DNA of 64,000 nt from Geosiphon pyriformis uo1. Lineage: Eukaryota; Fungi; Glomeromycota. Each line of letters opens with the position of its first letter. Position 1 is the stretch's first letter. The notes under the pieces are model-generated. The model saw nothing but the letters and a program-made list of their open reading frames with translations. It ran no database searches and had not been told where the DNA came from. Of this stretch, positions 23,251 to 35,889 are shown one piece after another. The stretch covers positions 310,001-374,000 of the forward strand of contig JAAOMT010000046.1 of the NCBI GenBank assembly GCA_016748015.1. The letters run 5' to 3'. Made by a program: the position numbers and the translations under genes.

Positions 23251-26200
23251 ACATTCTACTAGCTGTCAGCACCAAAAACAAATTACTAGCCACTATATTC
23301 CCTTTTGATTTCGACAAAATTACACCAGTTCTATTATTTAGTAGAGCCATTCTTAACACCAAACCAATCACAGCCATGTATACTGATGCTAAAGTTGATG
23401 GTCAACTTATTAAACTTATCCTTGATAGTGGGTCATCAAGCAGCATAATCACATAACAATTCATGAACCAATTAAGTCACCAAGTTGATTGCACTGCCAG
23501 CACCAGAATTATTATAGTTAATAGAACTACAAAAACTTCCATTGGCAAGATTGATGACTTCCCTTTTGAAGTTAATGGCATCACTATACCAATTAAAGTT
23601 CTAGTAATAGAAGCCACTCAATACCAGGCACTCGTTGGCAATGATTAGCTGTTCAAAACAAATGCAACTCTTGATTGGACCACACAAAAGCTTCAATTGA
23701 ACCAGAATGGTTAACACACACATGTACCAGCCACATGTGGTTATTTCAAAATGACTACCATATTAGCACCACTAATTAAGTTTGAAGAAGAAAAAGAAAA
23801 ATCTATTTGAGAAGCATATTAAGTTTCATGGGCCAACAATGAGCACAATGAATTACCACCAGTGCCTTTATGGGATTACCAAGGAAAGGAAAAGCAAAAA
23901 GAAAAACCTACATGAAATAATAATCAAACTTGGAGAACTGACAACAATCAGGACAAACTATCAACAATCTGGGAATAGAAAAAAGATAATATTAAAGGGA
24001 AAGGAAAAGAGAAAGAAAAAAATTCAACACCAATTCCTACTTATCCTACATATACTTACACACCACCACAACCAAACTATTGTCAACCAAAGCTTATATG
24101 CAGTGATTGTGACAAGAAATTGTCATCAATGGGTGTATGCTGTAGTAACAATGAGGAATACCAAACAACAATCAAGTTCTACTGTTGCCCATGCATCATA
24201 GAACATTTTGGAAGACTGAAACAAGTAGGAAAATAGGATAACAAACTCTGCTTGGCTTGTGGAAAAACTTTTCTAGATGAAGAAATATGGAACAACATTT
24301 CTGGATGAGGAGGAATGTGCAACAAATTATGTTAGTATACGATTCTCATAAGTGACTGGGTTAAAAAAGGAATACCCATAAATGCTGCCTGGAAACAAGC
24401 AGTTAAACACTTGAACGGATGTTCACACAATGACGACAAAATTTGGCAAATGGCTTTCACCAAAATCAAAGAAGTGTTACCAGAAGAAATAAAAAGAATA
24501 AAAAACAATCTACCAGAATCTATAGAACTTAACTGGGACCCAAAACCAGTCATAAATCTACTGAATCCAAAACAATTTCACAAACATTATCAGGAATTAG
24601 CACTCACTAGAGAGGAACAAAAGCAACAGTTGGAAAAAATCAATACTTGACTATGTGATCATTGTTTGATTCCCTGTGACTTTCAATATTGTAATGAGTG
24701 TGACCTCATTTACAATTCACCACCACATATGATTTACACAATTTCAAAGGAAGACAAACCAATTAGCCATTGTGCATCAGAATTGGGATCAATTTTCAAT
24801 TCCAATTTAAACTCCAACAACAATAATGATGAAAATAACAGTTCCAGTTCTATTCAAAATGACAACAAAAATTATGATAATTTGGACTCTGATTTAAACC
24901 CCAAAACATACATCATGCTTTCTAACCTCTCTAAGGAGTGGAAACTTAAATTGTTTAGTAATAACAATAAAGGTATTATGCCAGAACATGCGCATGATAC
25001 TGATGCCAGGTTTGATTTGAGATATCCAAGGAAAAACACCATCAAATTAGAACCATATTTGCACACATACATTGATCTCAAAATAGCATTAGAAATCTCA
25101 GCAACAACAATAGTTCAATTAGCATCTAGAAGTAGTTTAGTGAAAAGAGGAATTAACATCAGAGAAGGAATAATTGATGCAGGATATGTAGAAAATATTA
25201 TTGCAATACTACAAAACAATTCAGAAAAGACCTATGTTATAGAGCCAAATAAAAAGATAGCACAGGCAATATTCTTGCCTCTGGTTAAAATAGCTCAATT
25301 AGTATCATTAGGAAACAAAGAAAAATTAAAGATTATAGCTAAAGGAATACAGAAATTCGAATTCATAAATAGAATAAATGTACCAGTCAATATGGCAGAA
25401 AAATAGATTATTGACAAAGAAAAATTTATCTCTACCTATCAATCAATTTTCATTCCACCATATGACCAGTACATGGTAACTATAGAGAGAAAAATGAAGA
25501 ATCAGATTCAAATGTTTGAGACAAATGCACAACTTTGTGAATTAGAAGAGATTGGATTAATTAATCTACACATACCAGCCAAGAATTATGGTCACATTAA
25601 AATTCCCATTTACAACAACATAGAAAACATTATGGAGATACCAAAAGAAACTACTATTGGATACTTAACCACCAAAATTAAAGAACAACCACCAAACTCC
25701 ATTCTAGATTTTTCACAATTGTGTGAATATGTGGATATTACATCACAAACAATATACAAATAAGAAGAATATTATTTGCTCCAATCAGAACAATTAGAAC
25801 AGATGAACTTGGAAAACTTAGACCCACTACAATATATGTAACTCAAGATGCTACTCAACAATTTCAATAACATTTTTGCCAGCAAAAACGAATTTGGCAG
25901 AACTGACATCATCCAACATCAAATTAAGACTGGAAATGCAATGCCAATTAAACAGAGAGCATATAGAGTACCACCAGCTAGCCATGAGATTATTTGTTAA
26001 GAAATCAATCGGATGCTTGACAACAGGCTAATTCAGCCATCAATAAGCTCATGGTCATTACCAGTAGTACTAGTCTGTAAAAAAAATGGGAAAATTTGCT
26101 TTTGTATGAATTACTAAAAACTGAATAGAGTGACCAAAGGAGATAGCTACCCAACTTCAAAGATCCAAGAATTATTTGATGCTTTTGGAGAAAAAAAATG

Positions 26201-28616
26201 GTTTTTGACACTAGATTTAGACAGTAGTTACTGGCAAGTAGTTATAAAACCAGAAAACAAAGAGAAAACAGCTTTTACAATTCGAGAAAGAAACTTTGAA
26301 TTTGAAGTAATATCATTTGGTTTGATGAATGCTCCAGCCACTTTCCAGTGATTTATGGAAATTGTTTATACTGGACTACTATGAAAATCAATAGTAGTAT
26401 ACTTGGATAACACCAATGTGTTCTCAAAAACATTTGATGATCATCTACATCATCTCCAACAAGTGTTTGAAAGACTAAGAAGAACCAAATTAAAGCTAAA
26501 TGCAACCAAATGCTTCTTTGGAAAAACAGAACTCAAGTTTTTAAGACATATAGTAAGCAAAGATAGTATCAAAATGGATCCAGATAAGATTGCAATAGTA
26601 AAAAACTTTTCAGTACCAACCAATGTGACAGAACTAAGAGCATTTTTGGGATTTGCAGATTACTATTGCCACTTTATTAAAGACTTTTCAAAATTAACTC
26701 AGCCACTCCATTATTTACAAACCAAGAATGTGAAGTACGAATGGACAAAAGCCCAACAAGAAGCTTTCAATATATTAAGAAGAAAGCTTATCCAAGCTCC
26801 AGTATTGATGTATCCAGATTACAACAAACTATTCATTATTACCACTGATACATCAGGCCAAGCATTGGGAGCAGTGCTATCACAGAGAAAACCAGACAGA
26901 AAAGAGCATCCAGTAGCTTATGCCAGTAGAAACTTAAATCCAGCTGAAAAAAACTATGAAACTTCAGTATTGGAACACTTAACTATCTACTGGGCTGTCA
27001 TCAAATAGAAAAAATACTTGAGTCAGAAGTTTGATGTATATATTAATCACAAAGGATTGACTTCAATCCAGAAACAAGAATTTGGAAATGATTACCATGC
27101 CAGATGGAAAATAGAACTTTTACTATTTAATTATACAGTACATTATAAAAAAGAAAAAAAAAATGGAAATGCCAACGGATTATCACAAATGAGACAAATC
27201 TAAAAACATTTCAACCCAAAAATATAACAAAAAATGAATATACAAAAATACCAACAGCTTCAACATTATATAAATACTTAATTGTTCAAAAAAAAATTAT
27301 CTCAAAAGGAACAAAACAACATAAAACAACAATCAAAATATTTTATCAACTATCAAAATATACTTTACCAGAAGAACAAAAAAAATTCAGATCAATCAAC
27401 CAAAGTAATTACAGAACCAAAAAAAGAGACAATATTATTCAACATGCACTTAAATTCAACAGCAGGACATTTTTATAAAAAAGCAACCATGGAAAGAATC
27501 AGAAAAAGATACTATTAGTCATCAATATATCCAAACATCATACAATATGTTCAAAATTGTGATGCTTGTCAGAGAAGAAGAAGAACAAAACCCAGTGAAC
27601 CATTGAGACCAATCAAAGTGGGACAACTATTTGATCACATTGGAATTGACTTAGTCAGACCATTAACAATTACCAGCAGAGGCAACAGATATATTGCAAT
27701 AGCCATGAATTATCTTACAAAATGGCCAGAAGCAAAAGCCATTCAAAGAGTAGATACAGAATCTATGGCTGAATTTGTTCATCAAGACTTGATCTGTTGA
27801 CATGGATGTCTAAAAAAATTGTTATCAGATTAAGAAACTTACTTTGTAAATAGAACATTAACAGAATTGAGTCAAAGATTTGGGATAAAAAAACCATTAT
27901 CATCACCATACCATCTACAAACAAATAGACTAGTTGAAAGGTTTAACAAAACATTGTGTGAAGCCATTGCCAAAATCAGCCAAGAGAACCAGGATGAATG
28001 AGACTTGATTATACCATCAGTATTATTTGCTTATCGGACAATAAAGCAAGACACTACACAAGCAACACCATTCAAATTAGTATATAGTAGAACAGCAACA
28101 TTACCAATTGAGATAGAAGTCAAAACATATCCAACAAAACCAATAACAGAAGAGAATTTTCAAAGAACATTGTTGAGAAGAACATATGACTTAATGGAGA
28201 CACTAAAAAACACACAATAAAGAGCAGCTAATAACATCCAAAAGTCACAAGAAAAACAAAAAGAAAGACATAATAATCAACTACCAAAGAAACCAGTTGA
28301 ATTCAAAATTGGAGACAAAGTACTTTTACATTATACTAAAGCAAAAAAACAATGGAGTGGAAAATTTGACCCCAAATGGAATGGACTATTTCACATAGAA
28401 GAAATTTTTGGAAATGGAGCTTATAAATTAAGGTTGAACAACAAAATTTTAACCAAAGCAGCACATGATGATTAACTAAAACAATATTACCATATAGCAT
28501 CATCATCTACCAATAATATTCCACAATTAGGAGTACAACAAATATTAGTTCAATCAGATAAGATTCCACAAGATTTAAAACCAATAATAATAATTAAACC
28601 AAACATGTCAAATTGA
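23250..28616 (+). pseudogene. pol: A1 pol: aspartic protease (DSG at 23424), Cys-rich modules, dUTPase, RT (YLDN from YLDD at 26400), RNase H, integrase (HHCC, DDE core, GPF-like motif)
   Basis: ORF pieces starting at 23463, 24666, 26130, 26403, 27018, 27282, 27603 and 28005 are all in one frame; LILDSGSS, TLDLDSSYWQV, FGLMNAPATFQ, TDTSGQALGAVLSQ, IGIDLV, LVERFN. Confidence 0.95.
24975..25370 (+). pseudogene. dut: dUTPase domain within A1 pol
   Basis: Five trimeric dUTPase motifs recognisable: DARFDL, ASRSSL, GIIDAGY, IAQ, and KGIQKFEF (decayed RG..GFGS). Confidence 0.9.
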
Positions 28617-28641
28617 ACAAAAATAAAGAATATAAACAGAC

Positions 28642-29301
28642 ATGGTAAATGTGATAAAAGACATCAGAAAAATGAAAATTACCAACGACATTCACTCATT
28701 AGCACAACAACTCTTTCAATTAATTTAACAACAAGATATGGAAATTACCATCAATCAACAAACCATTAGATACAAAGATACCAGAAAAATACCTTAATAC
28801 AAAGTACAGAAGAAAGCAGAAAATGCTGTTGACAAAATAATTCTGAAAGTAAAATTGGCAATAGAAGAGCCAATAAGTGTCACCACATATCAAAAAGTGA
28901 CTAAAAAAACTTGGTTGTGGTGGATACAACAATTTTCAAGAAACTTTTGTTACTTTCACTTAGGACAACATTTGAATATTCAGAACTTATATACAAATAA
29001 AACAAAATGATTATTTGATACAACAATATTACAACAACTTAAGAAATTTGTGGGAAAGAACAATCTAACAACATAAGCAAGAGCCATCTATTGATTGTAT
29101 GCTAGATTTCAAGACCAACCAGAAATCTTACTTAATCCAGTAATAGACAGCATCACTATTAACCAGATAAGAAGAATAACCAATGCCCAATTTAAAGAGT
29201 TACAGAACAAGATAACCCAAATAATTCTTAAAAAAGAAGTTCAAGAAATACTCAACAACAGAAAACTAGAATTAGGAGATTTCGACAGAGCTCAATATTA
29301 A
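28642..29301 (+). pseudogene. A1 ORF3, unknown ~219-aa protein between integrase and PPT
   Basis: Single frame from ATG 28642 to TAA 29301 with internal stops explicable by transitions; homologous coding remnant at 1-317. Confidence 0.7.
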
Positions 29302-29311
29302 AAGGAGGGAA
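29300..29311 (+). promoter_or_regulatory. Polypurine tract of A1
   Basis: aaaaggagggaa, 3 nt upstream of the 3' LTR. Confidence 0.88.
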
Positions 29312-29314
29312 TAA

Positions 29315-30143
29315 TATTACTTATAAAATATAGGAAGTATATTAGCATATAAATTAGCCAATCAGAAGTAGCTGTAGTAAATGTAGAATTTCAGGATTCC
29401 TCTCAAGAGGAATTGCAAGATTCCAGGATTTCTCTCAAAAAAAATTGCAGGATTCCAGGAATTTCAGGATTTCTGGTGTGAAGAATTAAGAAATTAAGGA
29501 ATCTCAATTATGTATATATAGCAGTAGTATTAGAAGTAGAAAAAAACAGATCTCTCTATTTAGATTTAATCTAAGCAACCTTCCACATCACAAATATCAA
29601 TAAATAATTATTCAATATCTCAAATTTATTCTTCACTATCAACATTTTATGTTGATAATAATTGATACTTAACCATACTGGAACAATAGCTCTTGATCAC
29701 AGCTATTGACAGGATACTAATTTGCAAATTGCCTTGGCTTATTTTCTTTATTTTCTCTTGTTTTTCTTTTTTTTATTTCGTTTCTGTAATGTTATTGTTG
29801 TGTACTAATTGATTGAAAAAAAAATAATGCATGGAGTACTAATGTTAAAATAACTGGTAAAAGACCCAGGAATAAGGATAGAACACTCAATTGAGGATAG
29901 CTTACCAAGAGGAATACTGGTCATTATGCTGAAAAAGAAATTAATGAAACTGTGGTTTTGGGAAGCTATGGATAACCACTATTGAATCTCTGTCCATTAT
30001 ACAAAAAACCCAATTGAAACCTTCAGATAACAATACTTTCAGATACAAACAACCTCCAGATAAAACTATCAACCAAAACATATATCAAGCACCAAGTTAC
30101 AGGTTTGTTATTTGATTTGAGACCCAAATAATTATCTGTAACA
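29315..30143 (+). repeat. 3' LTR of A1 (829 bp)
   Basis: TATTAC...TGTAACA followed by the TSD gtgg. Confidence 0.96.
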
Positions 30144-33100
30144 GTGGTTATCTTTAAGGCTTTTTTGCTATCTGGTTTTCACAAAAAATCAATGCTAGTG
30201 TTTACTAAAAAATTATTAAATAAACACTAATAAATACTAAAAAAAAGAATTTTTTTTTCACTACCTAATCTGAAAACAAATTTAAAATCCCAATTTTAAT
30301 CTCTAAATGGTGTATAAAATTGGAAAAAAAACTTAAGACCCAGAAAAAGTGGTAATTGAATATGCTAAGACAATAAAAAAGCTTATTAAATAAATAAACT
30401 TTGGAAAAAATTAAACAGAAAAACAAAAAATACATTCTTTTACAAAAAGATTAAAACCCAATTTTTCATATGCTTTTTGGTCTTTTTTAGTCTAAAAAGA
30501 TAACTTAACAATAAATATGACTATTAATATGCACAAAAAATTAAAGATAACCTAAAAATGTACTTAAAATTCACTTTACTAATTTTTGTTTTTGCTTCTG
30601 TTCTGGTTCTTGCTTCTTAAATGGCTGTTATTTTTTTTGTTATTCAAACTTAAGATTTTAATAAACAATTAATATACAAATTTATAGCTAATATTGTTTA
30701 ATTACTAGAACTTTTAATCTAAACAATTAAAAATAATCAACAATTACAAAAACCCAGATTTGAATCTTGTTTTAATTAGTTTTAGCAATTACTATATTAA
30801 AAACAACAAAATTATGGTCTATTTATGTATTATTATTGTAGATTAACTAAACACTTTTTAAAAAATTGCAACAATTTTTTATTGTTTTTTTTAGTTCTTA
30901 AAAACAATAATACTCAGAATAACAAAACTATTAATAATAATGCCTTTAACCAAAAACTTAATTATGCTAACATCAATTTTTTTGAAGAGAATTTTTTAGT
31001 TAAAGCCATTGTTTATTAGTTTTTAAAGAGTGAAAGTACAAGCCAACCAAAAAAAACTCTTTTTATGCTTTTAATCTAACTAATAATAACTATAACATAA
31101 ATAAACCAGTAATTAATTTTTCTAACTTAACAAAAAAAAACCAAAGTTGAATTTGTTCTGAATCTTAATAAAACTTAAACTTTAACTATTGACAATAATA
31201 AACTACTAAAAACTAAAGTATTTAAAAATATTTTCAAGTTAAAACTTTCAGAAATAGTACAAAAATTTGAACCTTTTTTTATTGCTAAAGATCCTATAAA
31301 AACTTTAGTACACATTATATTTGGCCAACTAATAATTTACTCTTAGTTTAAAAAAGATTTTTACAAATCTTTAATTCCAAAAAAGAAGACACCAAAGACC
31401 AACAAGTGTTTTTTTTAAGCTAAACTGGCTAATAATAGCAATATTATTCCTTTAATTTACAAAATCTAAGTGGCTGGCTACTTTATTGATCTAATTCTAA
31501 ACAGTAAATTTTTTGTAAATATTATTGCCAAATATTTCTTAAAAGCTATTGGTAAAAAATTGATAAATCTTTTACTTAATTAATAATCAATGTACATGAT
31601 AATAAAAAAAAGTCTTAATATAGGCAAAGCTGTTTTTGTTTGCATTAATGGTATTAGCATTAAACCTAACATAAAAGTTTTTAAAGTCAAAGAATACACT
31701 ATTATTGTTGACAATAAATAGCTTAAGAAAATAAAAGTCTTATTTAATTATAAACTGTACAAATTAACTATCAAATATGATAAAAAATCTATTGTAATTA
31801 AGTATTATCATTAGACAACTCTTCTAATACCCAAACAAAATTTAAAAAAAAAACAATTATAGAAATTAAATAATAAAAAAAGTAAAAAAAAACAAAAAAA
31901 AACTGCTAAACTTATTTATACTATTTTTATTAGCAATAACAAGTCATTAAACAATATTAAAACTAATAAGAAAAAAATTATTGTAAATAGCAAAATAATT
32001 TGTTGGCCTTACTATAATATTTTTAAGAAAACATTTAACAAAAAGTCTGGCAAAAAAACAAAATACAATTATTAGTAACATAAACTTTATATCTAATACT
32101 AGTATAATAAACTATTGTATTTTTTTAATAATAAATACAAGTTCTGTTTAATCTATTACAAAAATTGGAAACTAATTAACTTAATACTCCAAAAAAACTT
32201 AAAAATAAATACCAAAAATCTAATCAATAATAGTAAAACAAAAAAAACTCTTTTTAGAAAAAAAAATGAACATTAAAAATTTGTTGGCTAAAAGCAGTTC
32301 AGTTATTTCAAAAAAAAATGATATTTTTGGATAAATTTATGTGATACAATATACTATTATCACTAAAAAAACTCATTTTATTCTTTTAAAATTTTATTAA
32401 TCTAATTATTACAATAATAAATTTATCAAAAAAGAAATAAACTGAATAAAAAATCTTGAATTTATACAAAAAACCAAAAGTAAATAGGTTTTTTTAGTTG
32501 TAATAGTATTTAAAAAAAATAGAATTTTATGCTTTTGTATTAATTATTACTAATTAAATATTATCACTGAAAAAGATATATATCTCTTTCCTAAAATTGA
32601 TGCAATATTTGATCAATTTAATAGTGCTGTTTTTTTTTAATCATTAATTTAATTACTGAATTTTGACAAATAAAAATAAATTCAGAAAGCAAAAAGAAAA
32701 CTGTTTTCATTATAAATATAATACTTATAAATTTATAGTTATGCTTTTTGGTTTTATTAATACTTCTTTTACTTTTTAATATTTAATAAACAAAATATTC
32801 AAATCAGTAAAAAAAAACTTTATTTTAGTTTATTTATATGATATAATAGTATACTCAAAAATTTGAGATAAATATTTTGAATATTTACAAAAGGTTTTTG
32901 ATCTTTTTAAAAATGCTAATCTTAAAATCAATCTAATTAAATTTATTTTTTACACTGATGTATTTGGTTTTGAACTTAGTGCTGTTCTTTTTCAGAAAAA
33001 TAAAAATAGCAAAAAGCATACTATAGTTTATATCAGCAAATTACTCTCTTTAGCAAAACAAAATTACTCAATTATTGAACAGAAATATTTAATAGTAATT

Positions 33101-35889
33101 TGGGCTATTAATTACTAAGATAAATATTTTTTTAGTGTCAAATTTCTGGTGGTAACAGATTATTAAGCTTTGGTTTGGCTGTGCAAAAAAAAACTGGAAC
33201 ACAAACAAATAACTTAATAGATATTTCACTTGAATGAATTTAACTATAATATACAATATTATAAAGAAGCAAATCATTAAAATACCAATGCTTTTTTCAA
33301 ATTTACTATTTAGTAATAAAACAATCTCTATAAACCAAACCAACTTAATTATTAGTAATTCTATCTTAACCAAACATAATAATAGATTTGGACAATTACT
33401 TTGTTTTAATAAAATTTTTGAGTAAAGAACAATATTCATTAAATTAGACTCAACAACAAAAAAACATTTGCAAAAACAATTAAATTTTTATTTAATTCAT
33501 CAAAACCAACTATACAAAAAAAATAGAAAAAATCCTAACTATTTTCAAAAAATTATTAAAATTAAAAAAAAAATTATAATCTATAATATATACACTAATC
33601 TATTAGCTAGACATTTCAAAAAAACAAAAACAATTCAAAAAACTCTAGCTTTTTATTATTGGTCTATTTTAAAAAAATATTGTTAATTACATTAAAATTT
33701 ATAATATTTGCCAAAAAAAAACCCCCCAATTACAAAAAAAAATCTAATTTTTGTTGACTATTTATTTAACAAAATTAGTATAGATATTGTTAAATTTTTT
33801 AACAATAGATATATTATTATAGCTATTAATTATCTTACAAAATGAGTAGAAACAAGAACTATTTTAGATTAAACAACAGTTTGAATAGCCAAATTTATTT
33901 ATAAAGACATTATTTATTATTATAGTTGCTCTAAAAACTTTTATCTGATAAAAAAAAGCTTTTATTGGTTAAAAAACTTTGTAAAAAAATAAAAATATAT
34001 TATAAATTCTTTTTTTTTTAATATTTTTAAACAAATAACCTAGTAAAATATTTCAATAAAACATTATGTGAAACCTTAGCCAAAAATTAATAAAAAACAA
34101 ACTTATAGACAAAGTATTATTTTTAGTCTTGTTTGCTTATAGAATTATAAATTATAATATAACAAGTTATAAACTTTTTTATTTGTTCTATGGACAAATA
34201 GCAACTCTACCAATAGAAACAAACATTAAAACAATACTCTTTAAAGAAATTATAATAAGAAATTACAAAGACATTTTACAAAAAAACTTAATATTATTCT
34301 TAACTTTTTGATAAAAGTATAAATAATTGTTTTTAAAAAGACAAAACAATTATAAAAAAAAACTTATAAAACGTCTTTTTTAAGTATTAGTAACTTAGTA
34401 TAATAATAAGTTTTTTAGTTGGTAAAAAAAACTCTTTATAGTAAACAAAGTTTTAAATAATAATTCTTATATCCTATAAAATTAATATAAAACAATTTTT
34501 AATAATTGTTCTGTTTATAGTTGACTTAAAAAATATCACAAAAGATCTAATTGGTTATTTGTTGTAATAATATTAACCCAAATGATTAACAAAAATCAGT
34601 TATAAATAAATACATTATTTTTAAAACAAAGATATTTTCAATTAATATAAATAATTATTTCTAGATTAAAACATTCAAAATTTTTTTTATACTCTTCATA
34701 AGTATTGGATTAAAAACTATTCAAACATTATTCTAATTATTAAAAAACAGATCATTATAACTAATAACAATAGAACATATATTATTATCAGACCAAAAAA
34801 AAACTACTATTAGAAAAAAAAAATTGGTAGCAAAATAAATAAATATATGCTTAAAAGCATATTATTACCTTTTAATATACTTGAAAAAACAATTAAAAAA
34901 TTTTGCATATAGACAAAAACTTTTTATACAAAAGACAATTAAAATTTTATAGTTATTTTGGTAAAATTATAAAAAATATAAAACTTATAAAAAAACAACT
35001 TCTAAAATACAGATAGAAATTTTAAGCATTATATAATTAAATGTTTCAAGAGTTTTGATTATTGCTAAAAGAGCCAAAACTCTTATATAAAAATTTGGTT
35101 TCTTAAATATAAAACTTATTTTACTTTAAATATTATATATCCTATATACAAAAGACTTTACCAGACTAATTAGTTTTAAATTATATAAAACTTTCCAAAT
35201 AAATTATTTTACAAATAATTTAATTTTGCTGAAGCTTAATTTTTTTGAAAAAAATAATATTATGTTTAAAATCTATAGTTTTTATTAATTATTATATGTA
35301 TTAGCTACTAATATTATATAATTAATCATTTTATTTTTAAATAGTGATTATTAACTTAACTATTAATTTAATTATTAATCTGATTAATAATTTAATTATT
35401 GACTTAGTTACTGTTTTAGTTATTAACTATTTTTAATAGCTATATAAACAATAAGTTTTTTAGTTATAGAAATATATAATTAAAGTAACAAAATAAAATT
35501 TATTATTAATTACTTTCTTTTATATTATTTATTTCTTTTTTTTTATTTTCAAATATTCAAATATCTTGAAATAAAAGATTACTTGTTGGTATTTACATAT
35601 TTTATCTTTTTTTTTTCTTGATTTGTATTATTAAAATTAGCTTAAAAAACAATTGTTTGCTCTTGTAATTTATTGAATAAAGAAACAATTGAAAAACACA
35701 ACAATATTTGTTATTGATTTTAAAAATTGTCAATATAAAGCATAGAATAATAGCAAAAAATAAACTCTTTCTTTCATTGATCCCCTGACCATAACGAGAG
35801 CATAGAATAGTCAAAAAAATATCTTCCTTTTCCTTTATTCCCTTCTGTTCCCTTTAGTTATTTCTTTACATACACCTCTGTTCGTAACA

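Larger units (their letters stand above)
20146..30143 (+). mobile_element. Complete Ty3/Gypsy LTR retrotransposon A1 (9,998 bp) with dUTPase and ORF3
   Basis: Paired LTRs; 4-bp TSD gtgg at 20142-20145 and 30144-30147; PBS and PPT; domain order gag-PR-dUTPase-RT-RH-IN. Confidence 0.97.

Noticed and set aside
23200-23260. Programmed gag-pol frameshift in A1
   Set aside because: The frame changes here, but no clear slippery site is visible and decay indels explain it equally well; a consensus is needed.
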